DNA of 64,000 nt from an uncultured Candidatus Entotheonella sp. (GTDB lineage Bacteria; Tectomicrobia; Entotheonellia; Entotheonellales; Entotheonellaceae). The stretch is from NCBI GenBank assembly GCA_965217185.1, contig OZ244252.1, positions 1,728,001-1,792,000 on the forward strand, given 5' to 3'. Positions 30,064 to 39,206 of the stretch are shown in pieces (positions within the stretch are counted from its first letter, which is position 1; the number at the start of each line of letters is the position of its first letter). The notes beneath the pieces are model-generated. The model searched no databases. It was not told the origin of the DNA and saw only the letters and a program-made list of their open reading frames with translations. A program made the position numbers and the translations under genes.

Positions 30064-30639
30064 ATGCCCCGTCTTACCCCAGTCCAACCCGAGGCCATGT
30101 CAGACGAACAGCGGGCGCTTTATGAGGCGATTTTGGGCGGCAAGCGCGGCCCCGGCATGCGCGGCGAGGACGGCGCCCTGATCGGACCGTTCAACGCCAT
30201 GCTGCTCAACCCGCACGTCGGCGACCGTGTGCAGCGGTTGGGCGAAGCGCTGCGGTTCGACATTTCGCTGTCGCGCAACGTCATTGAAGTGGCCACGCTG
30301 GTGGTTGGCAACCACTGGCGGGCACAATTCGAGTGGTGGGCGCACGAGCGCCTGGCCAAACAGGCCGGCGTTTCGGAAGCGGTCATCGCGGCGATCAAGC
30401 ACGGCGAGCGCCCCGATTTCAGCAACGACGACGAAGCCGCAGCCTATGAGGCGGCCAGCGAGATGTACCGCACCCAACGCCTGACGGACGCGACGTACGC
30501 CAATGCCGTACAGCGCTTCGGAGAGGCGGGGGTGTTCGAGTTGATCGCTCTGGTGGGTTACTACAGTCTGGTCTCCCTGCTTCTGAACGGCTTTGAGGTG
30601 CCATTGCCTGCGGGCGAAGCGCCGCCGTTCAACGACTGA
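30064..30639 (+). CDS. Carboxymuconolactone decarboxylase/AhpD-like protein
   Basis: GPFNAML, FEWWAH, LVGYY; AGGAG RBS. Confidence 0.85.
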   Translation: MPRLTPVQPEAMSDEQRALYEAILGGKRGPGMRGEDGALIGPFNAMLLNPHVGDRVQRLGEALRFDISLSRNVIEVATLVVGNHWRAQFEWWAHERLAKQAGVSEAVIAAIKHGERPDFSNDDEAAAYEAASEMYRTQRLTDATYANAVQRFGEAGVFELIALVGYYSLVSLLLNGFEVPLPAGEAPPFND

Positions 30640-30671
30640 GCAACAGGCCGCATGCCGGCGGAGGGATACGT

Positions 30672-31802
30672 ATGGTGCTGGGTATTTCGGAGCAGTCGAA
30701 GAGCAGCGAAATCCACCTGATGCGGGCGACCCTGCATTACGGCAACGGGCGGCAGCGCGGCACGCCGGCCCTGGACAATGCCAGCCTGTGGATTCGCCGC
30801 GGGGAAACGATGAGCGTGGTCGGGCCGACGGGCTGCGGCAAGTCGTCGCTGCTGCGCGTGGTCGCCGGGCTCGAAAGGCCGGAAAACGGGGAGTTGACCT
30901 TCGACGGCGAGGACGTCAGCGCGCTTTCCCCTTCCCAGCGCTCCATTGGCCTGGTGTTTCAGACTTACGCCCTTTACCCGCACTTCAAGGTGCACGGCAA
31001 CATCGCCTTTTACTTCCGCCTGCGCCGCTGGAAGTCGGAGGCCATCGACGTCAGGGTAATGGAAACGTCGCGCATCATGGGCATCGGCTTTGAGAAACTG
31101 CTGGACCGCATGCCGCGCAGCTTGTCCGGCGGCGAAAAGCAGCGGGTGGCGCTGGCGCGCTGCCTGAGCCACAGCCCTCGGGTGCTGTTGCTGGACGAAC
31201 CGTTCTCGAATCTGGATACCGCCTTGCGCTTGCAGACTCGGAGCGAGGTTAAAAAGCTGATCGATCAATTTGGCCTGACAACCATCTTCGTCACGCACGA
31301 TCAGGGCGAGGCCGTGTCCATGGGCCACCGGCTGGCGGTCATGCGACAGGGACGTATCGAACAGGTTGGCGCCTATCACGAGCTGTATCACGAACCCGTC
31401 AACATGTTTGTTGCCGGGTTTCTGGGCAGTCCGCCGATGAATTTTTTCCCGGCCCAGCGTTGGGGCGAGAGCTTGACCTGCGAGGTTGGCGGCACTTCGC
31501 TTTCCGTGCCCCTCGCTCCCGGCTACCCGAATCGCTTGACGGACGGCGCCCGTGTCTTTCTTGGCTGGCGCCCCGAGCACCTGCGCCCCAGCGACGATGA
31601 ATCCCCTGCCCTGCCCTGCACCGTCGACGCGGTGGACATCTCCCTTTCCGACGCCACCCAGCTTCTCCACCTGGTGCACGGCAACCGCACGTTCTGCGCC
31701 AAGACCGATCTGCAGAAACCGGTGCGCAAGGGCGAAACCCTGCGGCTGCACTTTGCGCCGCAGCACGCCTATTACTTCGATCAGAACGAGAACCGGTTGT
31801 AA
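30672..31802 (+). CDS. MalK-like ABC ATPase with TOBE domain
   Basis: GPTGCGKS, FQTYALYPH, LSGGEKQR, DEPFSNLD, FLGSPPMN, RPEH. Confidence 0.9.
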   Translation: MVLGISEQSKSSEIHLMRATLHYGNGRQRGTPALDNASLWIRRGETMSVVGPTGCGKSSLLRVVAGLERPENGELTFDGEDVSALSPSQRSIGLVFQTYALYPHFKVHGNIAFYFRLRRWKSEAIDVRVMETSRIMGIGFEKLLDRMPRSLSGGEKQRVALARCLSHSPRVLLLDEPFSNLDTALRLQTRSEVKKLIDQFGLTTIFVTHDQGEAVSMGHRLAVMRQGRIEQVGAYHELYHEPVNMFVAGFLGSPPMNFFPAQRWGESLTCEVGGTSLSVPLAPGYPNRLTDGARVFLGWRPEHLRPSDDESPALPCTVDAVDISLSDATQLLHLVHGNRTFCAKTDLQKPVRKGETLRLHFAPQHAYYFDQNENRL

Positions 31803-31845
31803 ATGTAGGTCGGATTACGCTTCGCTAATCCGACCTACATTTACA
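31798..31845. repeat. GTAG-type REP hairpin (perfect 20-bp IR) between convergent genes
   Basis: TGTAAATGTAGGTCGGATTA-cgcttcgc-TAATCCGACCTACATTTACA. Confidence 0.8.
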
Positions 31846-31862
31846 GATTGATGCGGCAAGGT

Positions 31863-32312
31863 CTAACTGGAGAAGGTGGTCGGCACCTGAATGGCGCCGT
31901 TGAAGAAGAGTTGGAAGGTCTGACCGTAGCGGGCGAACAGATCGCGGCTGAGGAAATCGGAGGCGTCGATATAGATGGGATCATCGGGCAGGGCGAGGTA
32001 GTTCAGGGTGTGCTGCAAATCCGGGCCTTGGCTCTCCTGAATGTTGCGGATCATCTCCTCCCAGGTGCCGAGGGTGGCCCGCATTACAAAGTCAATCTCC
32101 GGTTGGGCGTTGGGCTCGCACGCCTCCACCGACTTGCAGCCGTACTCCTCGAACACGAAAACGAACAGTTGCGCCGGCTGGTCAGGCTCGGTGGGCTGCA
32201 CTTCCACGGCCCAGCGCACGTCCGCGTATCCCAAGCGCCTGTAAGGCACGTCGTTTTCGTTCATCAGCCGTGCCAATTCCTGAAACCACTCGAGCGATGG
32301 GAACGTGAACAT
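31863..32312 (-). CDS. Uncharacterised acidic protein, possibly SCP2 (sterol-carrier)-like fold
   Basis: GGAGG RBS; FPSLEWF start and DFVMRATLGTWEEMI resemble SCP2-like proteins; coding-like codon usage. Confidence 0.7.
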   Translation of the reverse strand: MFTFPSLEWFQELARLMNENDVPYRRLGYADVRWAVEVQPTEPDQPAQLFVFVFEEYGCKSVEACEPNAQPEIDFVMRATLGTWEEMIRNIQESQGPDLQHTLNYLALPDDPIYIDASDFLSRDLFARYGQTFQLFFNGAIQVPTTFSS

Positions 32313-32321
32313 CCCGCCTCC

Positions 32322-32357
32322 AAAAAAAGCGAGGCAGGGGCGGAAAACCCCTGCCTC
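32322..32357 (-). terminator. Intrinsic terminator-like hairpin between the ferritin-like gene and its partner
   Basis: GAGGCAGGGG-ttttccg-CCCCTGCCTC followed by GC and T7 on the minus strand. Confidence 0.7.
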
Positions 32358-32382
32358 TTGATCTGCCGTTGTCAAATCTTGC

Positions 32383-33450
32383 CTACAGTAGCGTGAAGTC
32401 CTGCGCCTCCTTGAGGAGACAACGGTCCTGCCGGTCGATGCCGATGGAATGGCAACGCTGCAGATACTCCTGGACCATTTTCTTGCGGATAAAGGCGAAT
32501 TTCTCCTTGCCCTTATCCATGTGGTCCACGCCGCCGCCGAGGAGGATCAAGAACGGCTCGACCTGTTCGGGCGTAGCGCCCAATTCCATAGTTCGCTGTT
32601 CGGCCACGTCCAGCGCCTCCTGGATTTCCTCGATACGGTCCGGGTCTTCCTGGATGAGGTACCGCAACTGCAGGCAGCCAAAGGCGAGATGGCGGGATTC
32701 ATCCTGGGCGCACAATCGGAAGATCGTCTTTTCGACTTCATTCTGCGCAATGAGCTCGCCGAGACGGAACAGGGTGAGCACGCGACCCTCGCCGAAGAGG
32801 TTCATGCGGGCCAGCATTTGCGGGAAGGAACGCAAATCATGGATGTACTTGAGGCCCTCTTCGACTTCCGGCGGGCATTTGCCCAAGCCGCCGCCGTTGG
32901 CCAGGGCGCGTTTGCGGAACACCTCGAGATGGCGCGCCTCGTCCATGATCTGGGTGGCCATGAACAGCTTGGTTTCGTGGTAGGCGTTGTTCACCTTGCT
33001 CAGCCACCAGCCGGGTACGTCGCCGGCAACGAACTCCACCTCGGTGAGGAAGGTGCAAAGCTGCGACATGGCGTGTTCCATGTCGTTGGAGAGCGGCTCG
33101 AGGGTGTGCCACGGGATGTCGCGGGTGGAACTCCACTGCCGCGCCACCGCCTCCTCATAGAGGCCGCCCATGTTTTGCGCCCAGGCTTCGGCGTCGGTGT
33201 TGAGCTCGTAGCCCATGTCCGGCAGTTCCGCAGGATCGAAATCGGCGCCGCGAGGGGCGAAGCTGAGAGAGTCGTTGGCATCCTTGGGAATGACGCCGTA
33301 GGAGCCGACGTTGATGTCGTCAAGGGTCAGCCCGCGCTTGCCGGGAGTCGCTTTGACGCCCCATTCCGAGTTGAGTTCCATCCAACCCAGGTCGTACTCG
33401 CCATTCTGCAACTTCTCTCGGTAAGCCTGAGAGCGCTCGCTGTACGCCAT
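32383..33450 (-). CDS. Ferritin-like diiron-carboxylate protein
   Basis: E(VE)..DEARH..(G)E..DESRH ligand pattern; GGAGG RBS. Confidence 0.85.
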   Translation of the reverse strand: MAYSERSQAYREKLQNGEYDLGWMELNSEWGVKATPGKRGLTLDDINVGSYGVIPKDANDSLSFAPRGADFDPAELPDMGYELNTDAEAWAQNMGGLYEEAVARQWSSTRDIPWHTLEPLSNDMEHAMSQLCTFLTEVEFVAGDVPGWWLSKVNNAYHETKLFMATQIMDEARHLEVFRKRALANGGGLGKCPPEVEEGLKYIHDLRSFPQMLARMNLFGEGRVLTLFRLGELIAQNEVEKTIFRLCAQDESRHLAFGCLQLRYLIQEDPDRIEEIQEALDVAEQRTMELGATPEQVEPFLILLGGGVDHMDKGKEKFAFIRKKMVQEYLQRCHSIGIDRQDRCLLKEAQDFTLL

Positions 33451-33588
33451 ATCCACCTCCCATTAGGCAGTCTGAGCATTTGACCGTTCGACGGGGAGCA
33501 TTCTATTCCCCCCCTCTTCACAGGATTCTAAAAAATGGCCACGGCTTGATAGCAGAGAACCGTGCGCAAAGCAAACTGTTTTTTCACA

Positions 33589-34593
33589 TCACGCTTCATT
33601 TGCCACCGGCCCCGCGACGGCCGATGCCACGGTCCAGGGCCGCGTCTGTTGGAACTCCGTGCTTCGTAACGAGCAGGGCGCCATGCGGCAGGACACGCAA
33701 TCCTTTGGCTGGCACGGGTCGAGATGGATGATGACGTCGCCCTGCTCGGGCTGCGAATCGTGAATGACCTGCTCGACCTCTTCAATGATCTCGTGGCAGT
33801 GTTGCAGGTTCCAATAGCGCGGCAGGGTGAGGTGAAAATCGACGTGGAGGCGGGCGCCGGAACGCCAGGCGCGCAGGCAGTGTACGTCGATCCAGGGGAT
33901 CTGGCGGCGGGTCTGCAGGGTCTCAACGATGTGTTCGAGGAGCGACGGGTCGGCCTCGTCCATCAAACGGGCCACGGCTTCGCGAAAAAGCCGGATTCCC
34001 ATAATCAGGATGGAAACCGCAACGCCCAAGGCAACGACGGCATCCAGGATGTACCAGCCGGTAAGCCACACCAGCAGCATGCCCACGACGATACCGGCGC
34101 TGGTGTACGAATCCGACAGCAGGTGCTTGCCGTCGGCGATCAGGGCGAGGGACTGGGTGCGATGTCCAACGCGCTGCAGATACCAGCCGGTCAGGGCATT
34201 GACCACACCGGCAACCGCAACCAAGGCGATACCCTCCGACAACTGGCTGAGGGGCTGTGGTGCCAGCAGGCGCGGCACCGCGTGCCAGAAGATGGCCACC
34301 GCGGCGACGACAATGAGCATGCCTTCCAGACCTGCCGAAAAGAATTCCACCCGGCCATGCCCGTAGGGATGCGACGAGTCCGGGGGGCGGGCGCTGAGCA
34401 TGATGCTGAACAACGCGAAGCCACTGGCAAAAACGTTCACGATCGATTCCAGCGCATCGGACAAAACGGCGGCGGAATCGGTCAGCCAGTAGGCCACAAA
34501 CTTGACCGCCATGAGGACCACACCCACACACAGGGCCAGTGCTGCGATGTTGCGGCTTCGAATTGGTTCTGGAAACTGCTTTGCGTCTTGCAT
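33589..34593 (-). CDS. Cation diffusion facilitator (FieF-like) transporter
   Basis: SDALES, PPD.SHPYGHGRVE, DGKHLLSD, IHLDPC. Confidence 0.9.
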   Translation of the reverse strand: MQDAKQFPEPIRSRNIAALALCVGVVLMAVKFVAYWLTDSAAVLSDALESIVNVFASGFALFSIMLSARPPDSSHPYGHGRVEFFSAGLEGMLIVVAAVAIFWHAVPRLLAPQPLSQLSEGIALVAVAGVVNALTGWYLQRVGHRTQSLALIADGKHLLSDSYTSAGIVVGMLLVWLTGWYILDAVVALGVAVSILIMGIRLFREAVARLMDEADPSLLEHIVETLQTRRQIPWIDVHCLRAWRSGARLHVDFHLTLPRYWNLQHCHEIIEEVEQVIHDSQPEQGDVIIHLDPCQPKDCVSCRMAPCSLRSTEFQQTRPWTVASAVAGPVANEA

Positions 34594-34705
34594 GGTAGAT
34601 CCTCAAGTATGGAAATGAAGCGGCAGATTGTAGCATGCCACCGTCGGGTTGGGGCGGATCGAGCGGCGGTTGCGGAAAAAATGACTTGACCCCTGAGAAT
34701 GCGCC

Positions 34706-34735
34706 TTGACACGCTTTTTGGCTACGTAGTACATT
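34706..34735 (+). promoter_or_regulatory. Putative sigma70 promoter upstream of a long leuA leader
   Basis: TTGACA-N18-TACATT. Confidence 0.5.
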
Positions 34736-35240
34736 CTGCCCTCACTTTTAAGCTTTCCTGCAATAAACAGCATCAAGCTGGCGAGGTACCGTGGATACCA
34801 TGAGCAGTAGCAGAGATATAGTCGGGCGCAATGTTTCGACGGCGCTTGCCTCCGGTGCGCGGTTGCACCGGGTATCGCTGGAGCTCATGGCATCCGACAT
34901 CCTTCTTTCCTCCCCTCCTTTGCAATAGCGCAATCGCTTTCCGGCTCACTGAACACCAGAAAGCAACCATTCCTGATTTTTGTGCGTTCTGTGCATCCGT
35001 TTCCGGCTTGACTTTCAATTGCAAGTTGTCTCCCTGCACCGTATTTGGGGCGAGACGGGTTGGAACCCGCAACAAACAGGCCATATTGCCGTCGCTTGTG
35101 AAAACAACCAGAGGGGTAATCGCTGATGCAGAAAAGCGACGTTTCCGATGCCACGTTGCGAGTTGGGAGGCAATCGCCGGGGCGGGCATTCAAATGGTTC
35201 TGAATAAGCCAGCTACTACTAAATCTGGAGGAAGATCGTC

Positions 35241-37040
35241 ATGGCCAACGCGAAGAGCATCAGCAAGCAGAAGCCAAGCTCAATGCCATACAACAAATAC
35301 GAACCCTATCCGTACGCACCCCCTCTAGCTAATCGGACTTGGCCGGACCGCATCATCACCGAGGCGCCTCTCTGGTGCTCGGTCGATCTTCGCGACGGCA
35401 ATCAGGCATTGATTGACCCGATGGACGCGCCTCGCAAGAAGCAGATGTTTGAGGAACTTGTGGAGATGGGGTTCAAAGAAATTGAGATTGGTTTTCCATC
35501 CGCCTCAGCCCCGGATTTCGATTTCTGCCGCCTGTTGATCGAAGAGGATATGATTCCAGACGATGTCTGGGTCCAGGTACTCACCCAATCTCGTTCCGAA
35601 CTCATCTCGCGCAGTTTTGAAGCCCTGAGCGGTTGTGAACGGGCAATTATGCATCTGTACAATCCAACGTCGACCCTCCAACGGCGCGTGGTGTACGGTC
35701 TTGACCGGGCCGGCATTATCGACCTCGCTGTCACAGGCACCCGCCAGTGCCGGCAGTTGCGCGAGGCCATGAGCAACACACACGTCCGTTTTGAGTATTC
35801 GCCGGAGTCTTTTACCGGCACAGAGATCGACTTCGCAATTGAAATCTGCGAACGCGTGTCGGAGGAGTGGGGCGCAACGCCTGAAGAGCCGCTCATTCTC
35901 AATCTGCCGGCCACGGTGGAGATGTCCACGGCTAATCTGTATGGCGACCTCATTGAGTATTTCCATCGCAACATTCGGAATCGCGACGCCATCATTTTGT
36001 CGCTGCATCCACACAACGACCGGGGTTGTGGTGTCGCGGCGGCCGAATTTGGCCTGATGGCCGGGGCGGACCGCGTCGAAGGGACGCTTTTTGGCAATGG
36101 TGAGCGTACGGGTAACGTTGACATCATCACGCTGGCCATGAATCTGTTTTCCCAAGGCGTCGATCCGGAGCTGGAGATAAACCATATTGATCACTTGCGT
36201 CGTGTTGCGGAGTACTGTAACCAGTTGCCAGTCCACCCACGCCATCCCTACGGAGGGGACCTGGTTTACACCGCGTTTTCGGGCAGCCATCAGGACGCCA
36301 TCAAGAAGGGCTTCGAGGCTCTCGAAAAAGACTACACACTGTGGCAGGTTCCCTATCTGCCAATTGATCCCGCTCACGTAGGAAGGACCTACCAGGACGT
36401 GATCCGGGTCAACAGCCAATCGGGCAAGGGTGGTGTGGCCTACGTGTTGAAGAACAGTTATGGCCTTAATCTGCCGCGACGATTGCAAGTGGAATTCAGT
36501 CAGATCATTCAGTCGATCACCGATGAAGGTGGCGAGATTCTGCCGGAAAGGATCAAAGCGACATTTGACGAGACCTATCTGAATGCCGAGAGTCCTTTGA
36601 CGTATCTGGGACATCGCAGCAATTTTGATTCGTCGAACTCGTCGGATAGCGAGGTCACCGCACGGGTGCGGCTGAACGGTTCCGAGATCGAAGTCTCAGG
36701 GTCAGGAAACGGACCTTTGTCGGCATTCAAAAATGCCCTTGAGACTCAATGCGGGATCAACGTCCATCTGGTCGACTATCAGGAACATGCGGTTGGCGCC
36801 GGCGCGGGTGCGAGGGCGGCAGCCTACGTTGAGATCGAGACCCCGGACCAACGGGTTCGCTGGGGTGCCGGGATCGATTCCAATATCGTGACGGCGAGTT
36901 TCCAAGCCCTGATTTCAGCGATCAATCGTGCCGCAGATACGCACTCGCTCAAGCCCGGCGCTATGCAAAATCGAGTACAGGCCGACGCCTCGCCGTTCGG
37001 AGAATCGCATGACCGAAAAACCTTCGCCCGCCATTCCTGA
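35241..37040 (+). CDS. leuA: 2-isopropylmalate synthase (yeast/actinobacterial type)
   Basis: SVDLRDGNQAL, EYSPESF, NLPATVE, HPHNDRG, GERTGN, SGSHQDAI, RVNSQSGKGG. Confidence 0.95.
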   Translation: MANAKSISKQKPSSMPYNKYEPYPYAPPLANRTWPDRIITEAPLWCSVDLRDGNQALIDPMDAPRKKQMFEELVEMGFKEIEIGFPSASAPDFDFCRLLIEEDMIPDDVWVQVLTQSRSELISRSFEALSGCERAIMHLYNPTSTLQRRVVYGLDRAGIIDLAVTGTRQCRQLREAMSNTHVRFEYSPESFTGTEIDFAIEICERVSEEWGATPEEPLILNLPATVEMSTANLYGDLIEYFHRNIRNRDAIILSLHPHNDRGCGVAAAEFGLMAGADRVEGTLFGNGERTGNVDIITLAMNLFSQGVDPELEINHIDHLRRVAEYCNQLPVHPRHPYGGDLVYTAFSGSHQDAIKKGFEALEKDYTLWQVPYLPIDPAHVGRTYQDVIRVNSQSGKGGVAYVLKNSYGLNLPRRLQVEFSQIIQSITDEGGEILPERIKATFDETYLNAESPLTYLGHRSNFDSSNSSDSEVTARVRLNGSEIEVSGSGNGPLSAFKNALETQCGINVHLVDYQEHAVGAGAGARAAAYVEIETPDQRVRWGAGIDSNIVTASFQALISAINRAADTHSLKPGAMQNRVQADASPFGESHDRKTFARHS

Positions 37041-37689
37041 GCGGCTTTCGCAGGAGGAAGTAGCGGCGTTTTTCCGCCTTCACCTGCAGATCCACGGCCC
37101 GAATTGGCGGGGACTCGGTTGGCAGAGTCAGCGCAGCCAGCAGCGACGCTTCGCTGTCCTGTCTGAGGTCGGCCCGTTAGCGAACGCCCACGTGCTGGAC
37201 ATCGGCTGCGGCGTGGGCGATCTCTACAAGTACCTGCTGCTGCGGCGCATTCCGGTGAATTACACGGGCTTCGATATTTTGCCTGAGATGGTCGCCCATG
37301 CTCGCAAGCGCTACCCGGAAGCGCAATTTGAGGTGCGCGACGCGCTGCAAGGACTAGGTTCCCAGCAGTTTGATTACGTCCTGTGTTCCGGGGCGTTCAA
37401 CGTCAATTTCGGGCGCAATCTGGAAGCGGCGCAGGAAGTCCTCAACGAGTTGCTGCGTTGCAGCACCCGCGGCGTGGCGATCAATTTCCTCAGCACGCGG
37501 GCACGCGAGCGAGATACCATCCTGTTTAACTACGATCCTGAAGCGTTGTTTACATACTGCCAAACCCTCACCCCGCATGTGCAGTTGCTGGAGGGGTATT
37601 TGCCGAATGATTTCACACTGTATCTTTATCCTGAGCGCAGTGACAAAATCCAGCGTGCTGAACCTGTCCTGGAAAGGAGCCCATCGTGA
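37009..37689 (+). CDS. Class I SAM-dependent methyltransferase
   Basis: SQQRRF, VLDIGCGVG, FDYVLCSG. Confidence 0.85.
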   Translation: MTEKPSPAIPERLSQEEVAAFFRLHLQIHGPNWRGLGWQSQRSQQRRFAVLSEVGPLANAHVLDIGCGVGDLYKYLLLRRIPVNYTGFDILPEMVAHARKRYPEAQFEVRDALQGLGSQQFDYVLCSGAFNVNFGRNLEAAQEVLNELLRCSTRGVAINFLSTRARERDTILFNYDPEALFTYCQTLTPHVQLLEGYLPNDFTLYLYPERSDKIQRAEPVLERSPS

Positions 37690-38303
37690 TTTATGAAGTC
37701 CGTACGTACGACCTGAAACCGGGGTCGGTCGCCCAGTGGGAGGGGCACTTCGAGGCGGCCTTGCCCAACCGCGTGAAGTATTCGGAGTTGGCGGCGCTGT
37801 GGCACACGGATATCGGGCCGTTGAATCAAGTGATCCACGTGTGGCCGTACGAGAACCTGGAGCACCGCACGGAAGTCCGCGCCAAAGCCGCGCAGGAGCC
37901 GGGCTGGCCGCCCAAGGGTGGAGAGCTGCTTTTGTCGATGGAGTCCCAGATTTGGACGCCGGCGCCCTTTTCCCCGGCCCTTGGCGGCAACCGGAAGCTG
38001 GGCAATGTCTACGAGATGCGCATCTACGAATACCAGCCGGGGTCGATGCCCAAGGTGCTGGCAGCGTGGGAGAAATCGCTGCCGAAACGTCTTGAGTTGT
38101 CGCCGATTGCCGGTTGCATGTACACGGACATCGGAGGCCTCAATTTGTGGATGCACATTTGGCCATACGCCGACCTTGGCGAGCGCGACCGCATCCGGGC
38201 GGCCTCGATACAATTGGCCGATTGGCCGCCGCAGACGCGCGAGTGGCTAGTCAACATGCAGAACAAGATTGTTGTGCCGGCGGCGTGTTCGCCGATGGCA
38301 TGA
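37686..38303 (+). CDS. NIPSNAP family protein (tandem domains)
   Basis: Two IYE.R.Y..PG / TDIG.LN...H.WPY repeats; AGGAG RBS. Confidence 0.9.
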   Translation: MIYEVRTYDLKPGSVAQWEGHFEAALPNRVKYSELAALWHTDIGPLNQVIHVWPYENLEHRTEVRAKAAQEPGWPPKGGELLLSMESQIWTPAPFSPALGGNRKLGNVYEMRIYEYQPGSMPKVLAAWEKSLPKRLELSPIAGCMYTDIGGLNLWMHIWPYADLGERDRIRAASIQLADWPPQTREWLVNMQNKIVVPAACSPMA

Positions 38304-38476
38304 GGTTGCCTGCGGGACCGACTCAGGTTGAAATCCGTCGGTCCCCATGCATCCTTGACAAGCTGGGGGTATCCGAATAAATTACAGCCCGGATAGGGTT
38401 AATACCTTACAATTCAATTGAATCAACGGTAACATGCCATGTCTTGTGAGGGAGTCTGAGGAAGGGGGAACTTTCG

Positions 38477-38833
38477 ATGCCGATTTACGAGTATCGCTGC
38501 CAGGACTGCAATCACGAATTTGAGCGAATGCAGAAGTTTTCAGACCCGCCGATAGCGGTTTGTCCAACCTGCGACGGCTCGGTGCAAAAATTGATTTCGC
38601 GCTCCGCGTTCCACCTCAAGGGTAGCGGCTGGTACGTGACCGACTACGGGCGTAACGAGGGTCAGAAAAGCGAATCGTCAGAAAAGGACACGACGGAGAG
38701 CACAACGGGCGAGAAGAGCACGTCCGAAAAGTCCGAAAAGAGTGATGGCAAGACCGCAACAGCAAGTGCGCCCTCGGGGAACAGCAGCGAATCCGCCAAG
38801 AAAAAATCGTCAGGAACAACGGCGGCGGCGTAG
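38477..38833 (+). CDS. FmdB-family zinc-ribbon protein
   Basis: MPIYEYRC..C...CP.C, KGSGWYVTDY, low-complexity S/E/K tail. Confidence 0.9.
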   Translation: MPIYEYRCQDCNHEFERMQKFSDPPIAVCPTCDGSVQKLISRSAFHLKGSGWYVTDYGRNEGQKSESSEKDTTESTTGEKSTSEKSEKSDGKTATASAPSGNSSESAKKKSSGTTAAA

Positions 38834-38859
38834 CGTTTCGCAGCAGCTAACCCGTCTTT

Positions 38860-39135
38860 TCACGAACGCTGCCCGGCGCCTCGTGAACGGATGCTGACAC
38901 TGAAGAGGGGTTTTTCACGCGACGCGAAAATGTTTTTGAATTGTTGCTTCGAGAAACCCTCCTCACTTCCAGGACGCCGCCGATAATGCAGTTCCAATTG
39001 GCGTCCATCCTTCCCCAAGCCGCGAACAACAATCTTCTCCTCCACGATCCGAATCTGAAAGGTTCCGTATTGCACCTCCTCGCCGCGGGCCAAATGACGG
39101 AACAGGTTTTGCGTCAGCGCCGTGTATTTCTTCAT
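38860..39135 (-). CDS. Hypothetical basic protein
   Basis: GAGGAG RBS; 91-aa ORF directly downstream of trkA. Confidence 0.6.
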   Translation of the reverse strand: MKKYTALTQNLFRHLARGEEVQYGTFQIRIVEEKIVVRGLGKDGRQLELHYRRRPGSEEGFSKQQFKNIFASREKPLFSVSIRSRGAGQRS

Positions 39136-39206
39136 CTTGATCTCCTCGAATATCTTGTACGCGGGGATGGAATGTGAGAGCCCGGCGGATGTATCAGCGT
39201 TGTCAG

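Noticed and set aside
34778..34800. T-box motif upstream of leuA
   Set aside because: GAGGTACCGTGG does not match TGGNACC, and no terminator follows.
38640..38830. Repetitive S/E/K-coding sequence
   Set aside because: Ordinary disordered tail of FmdB-family proteins.
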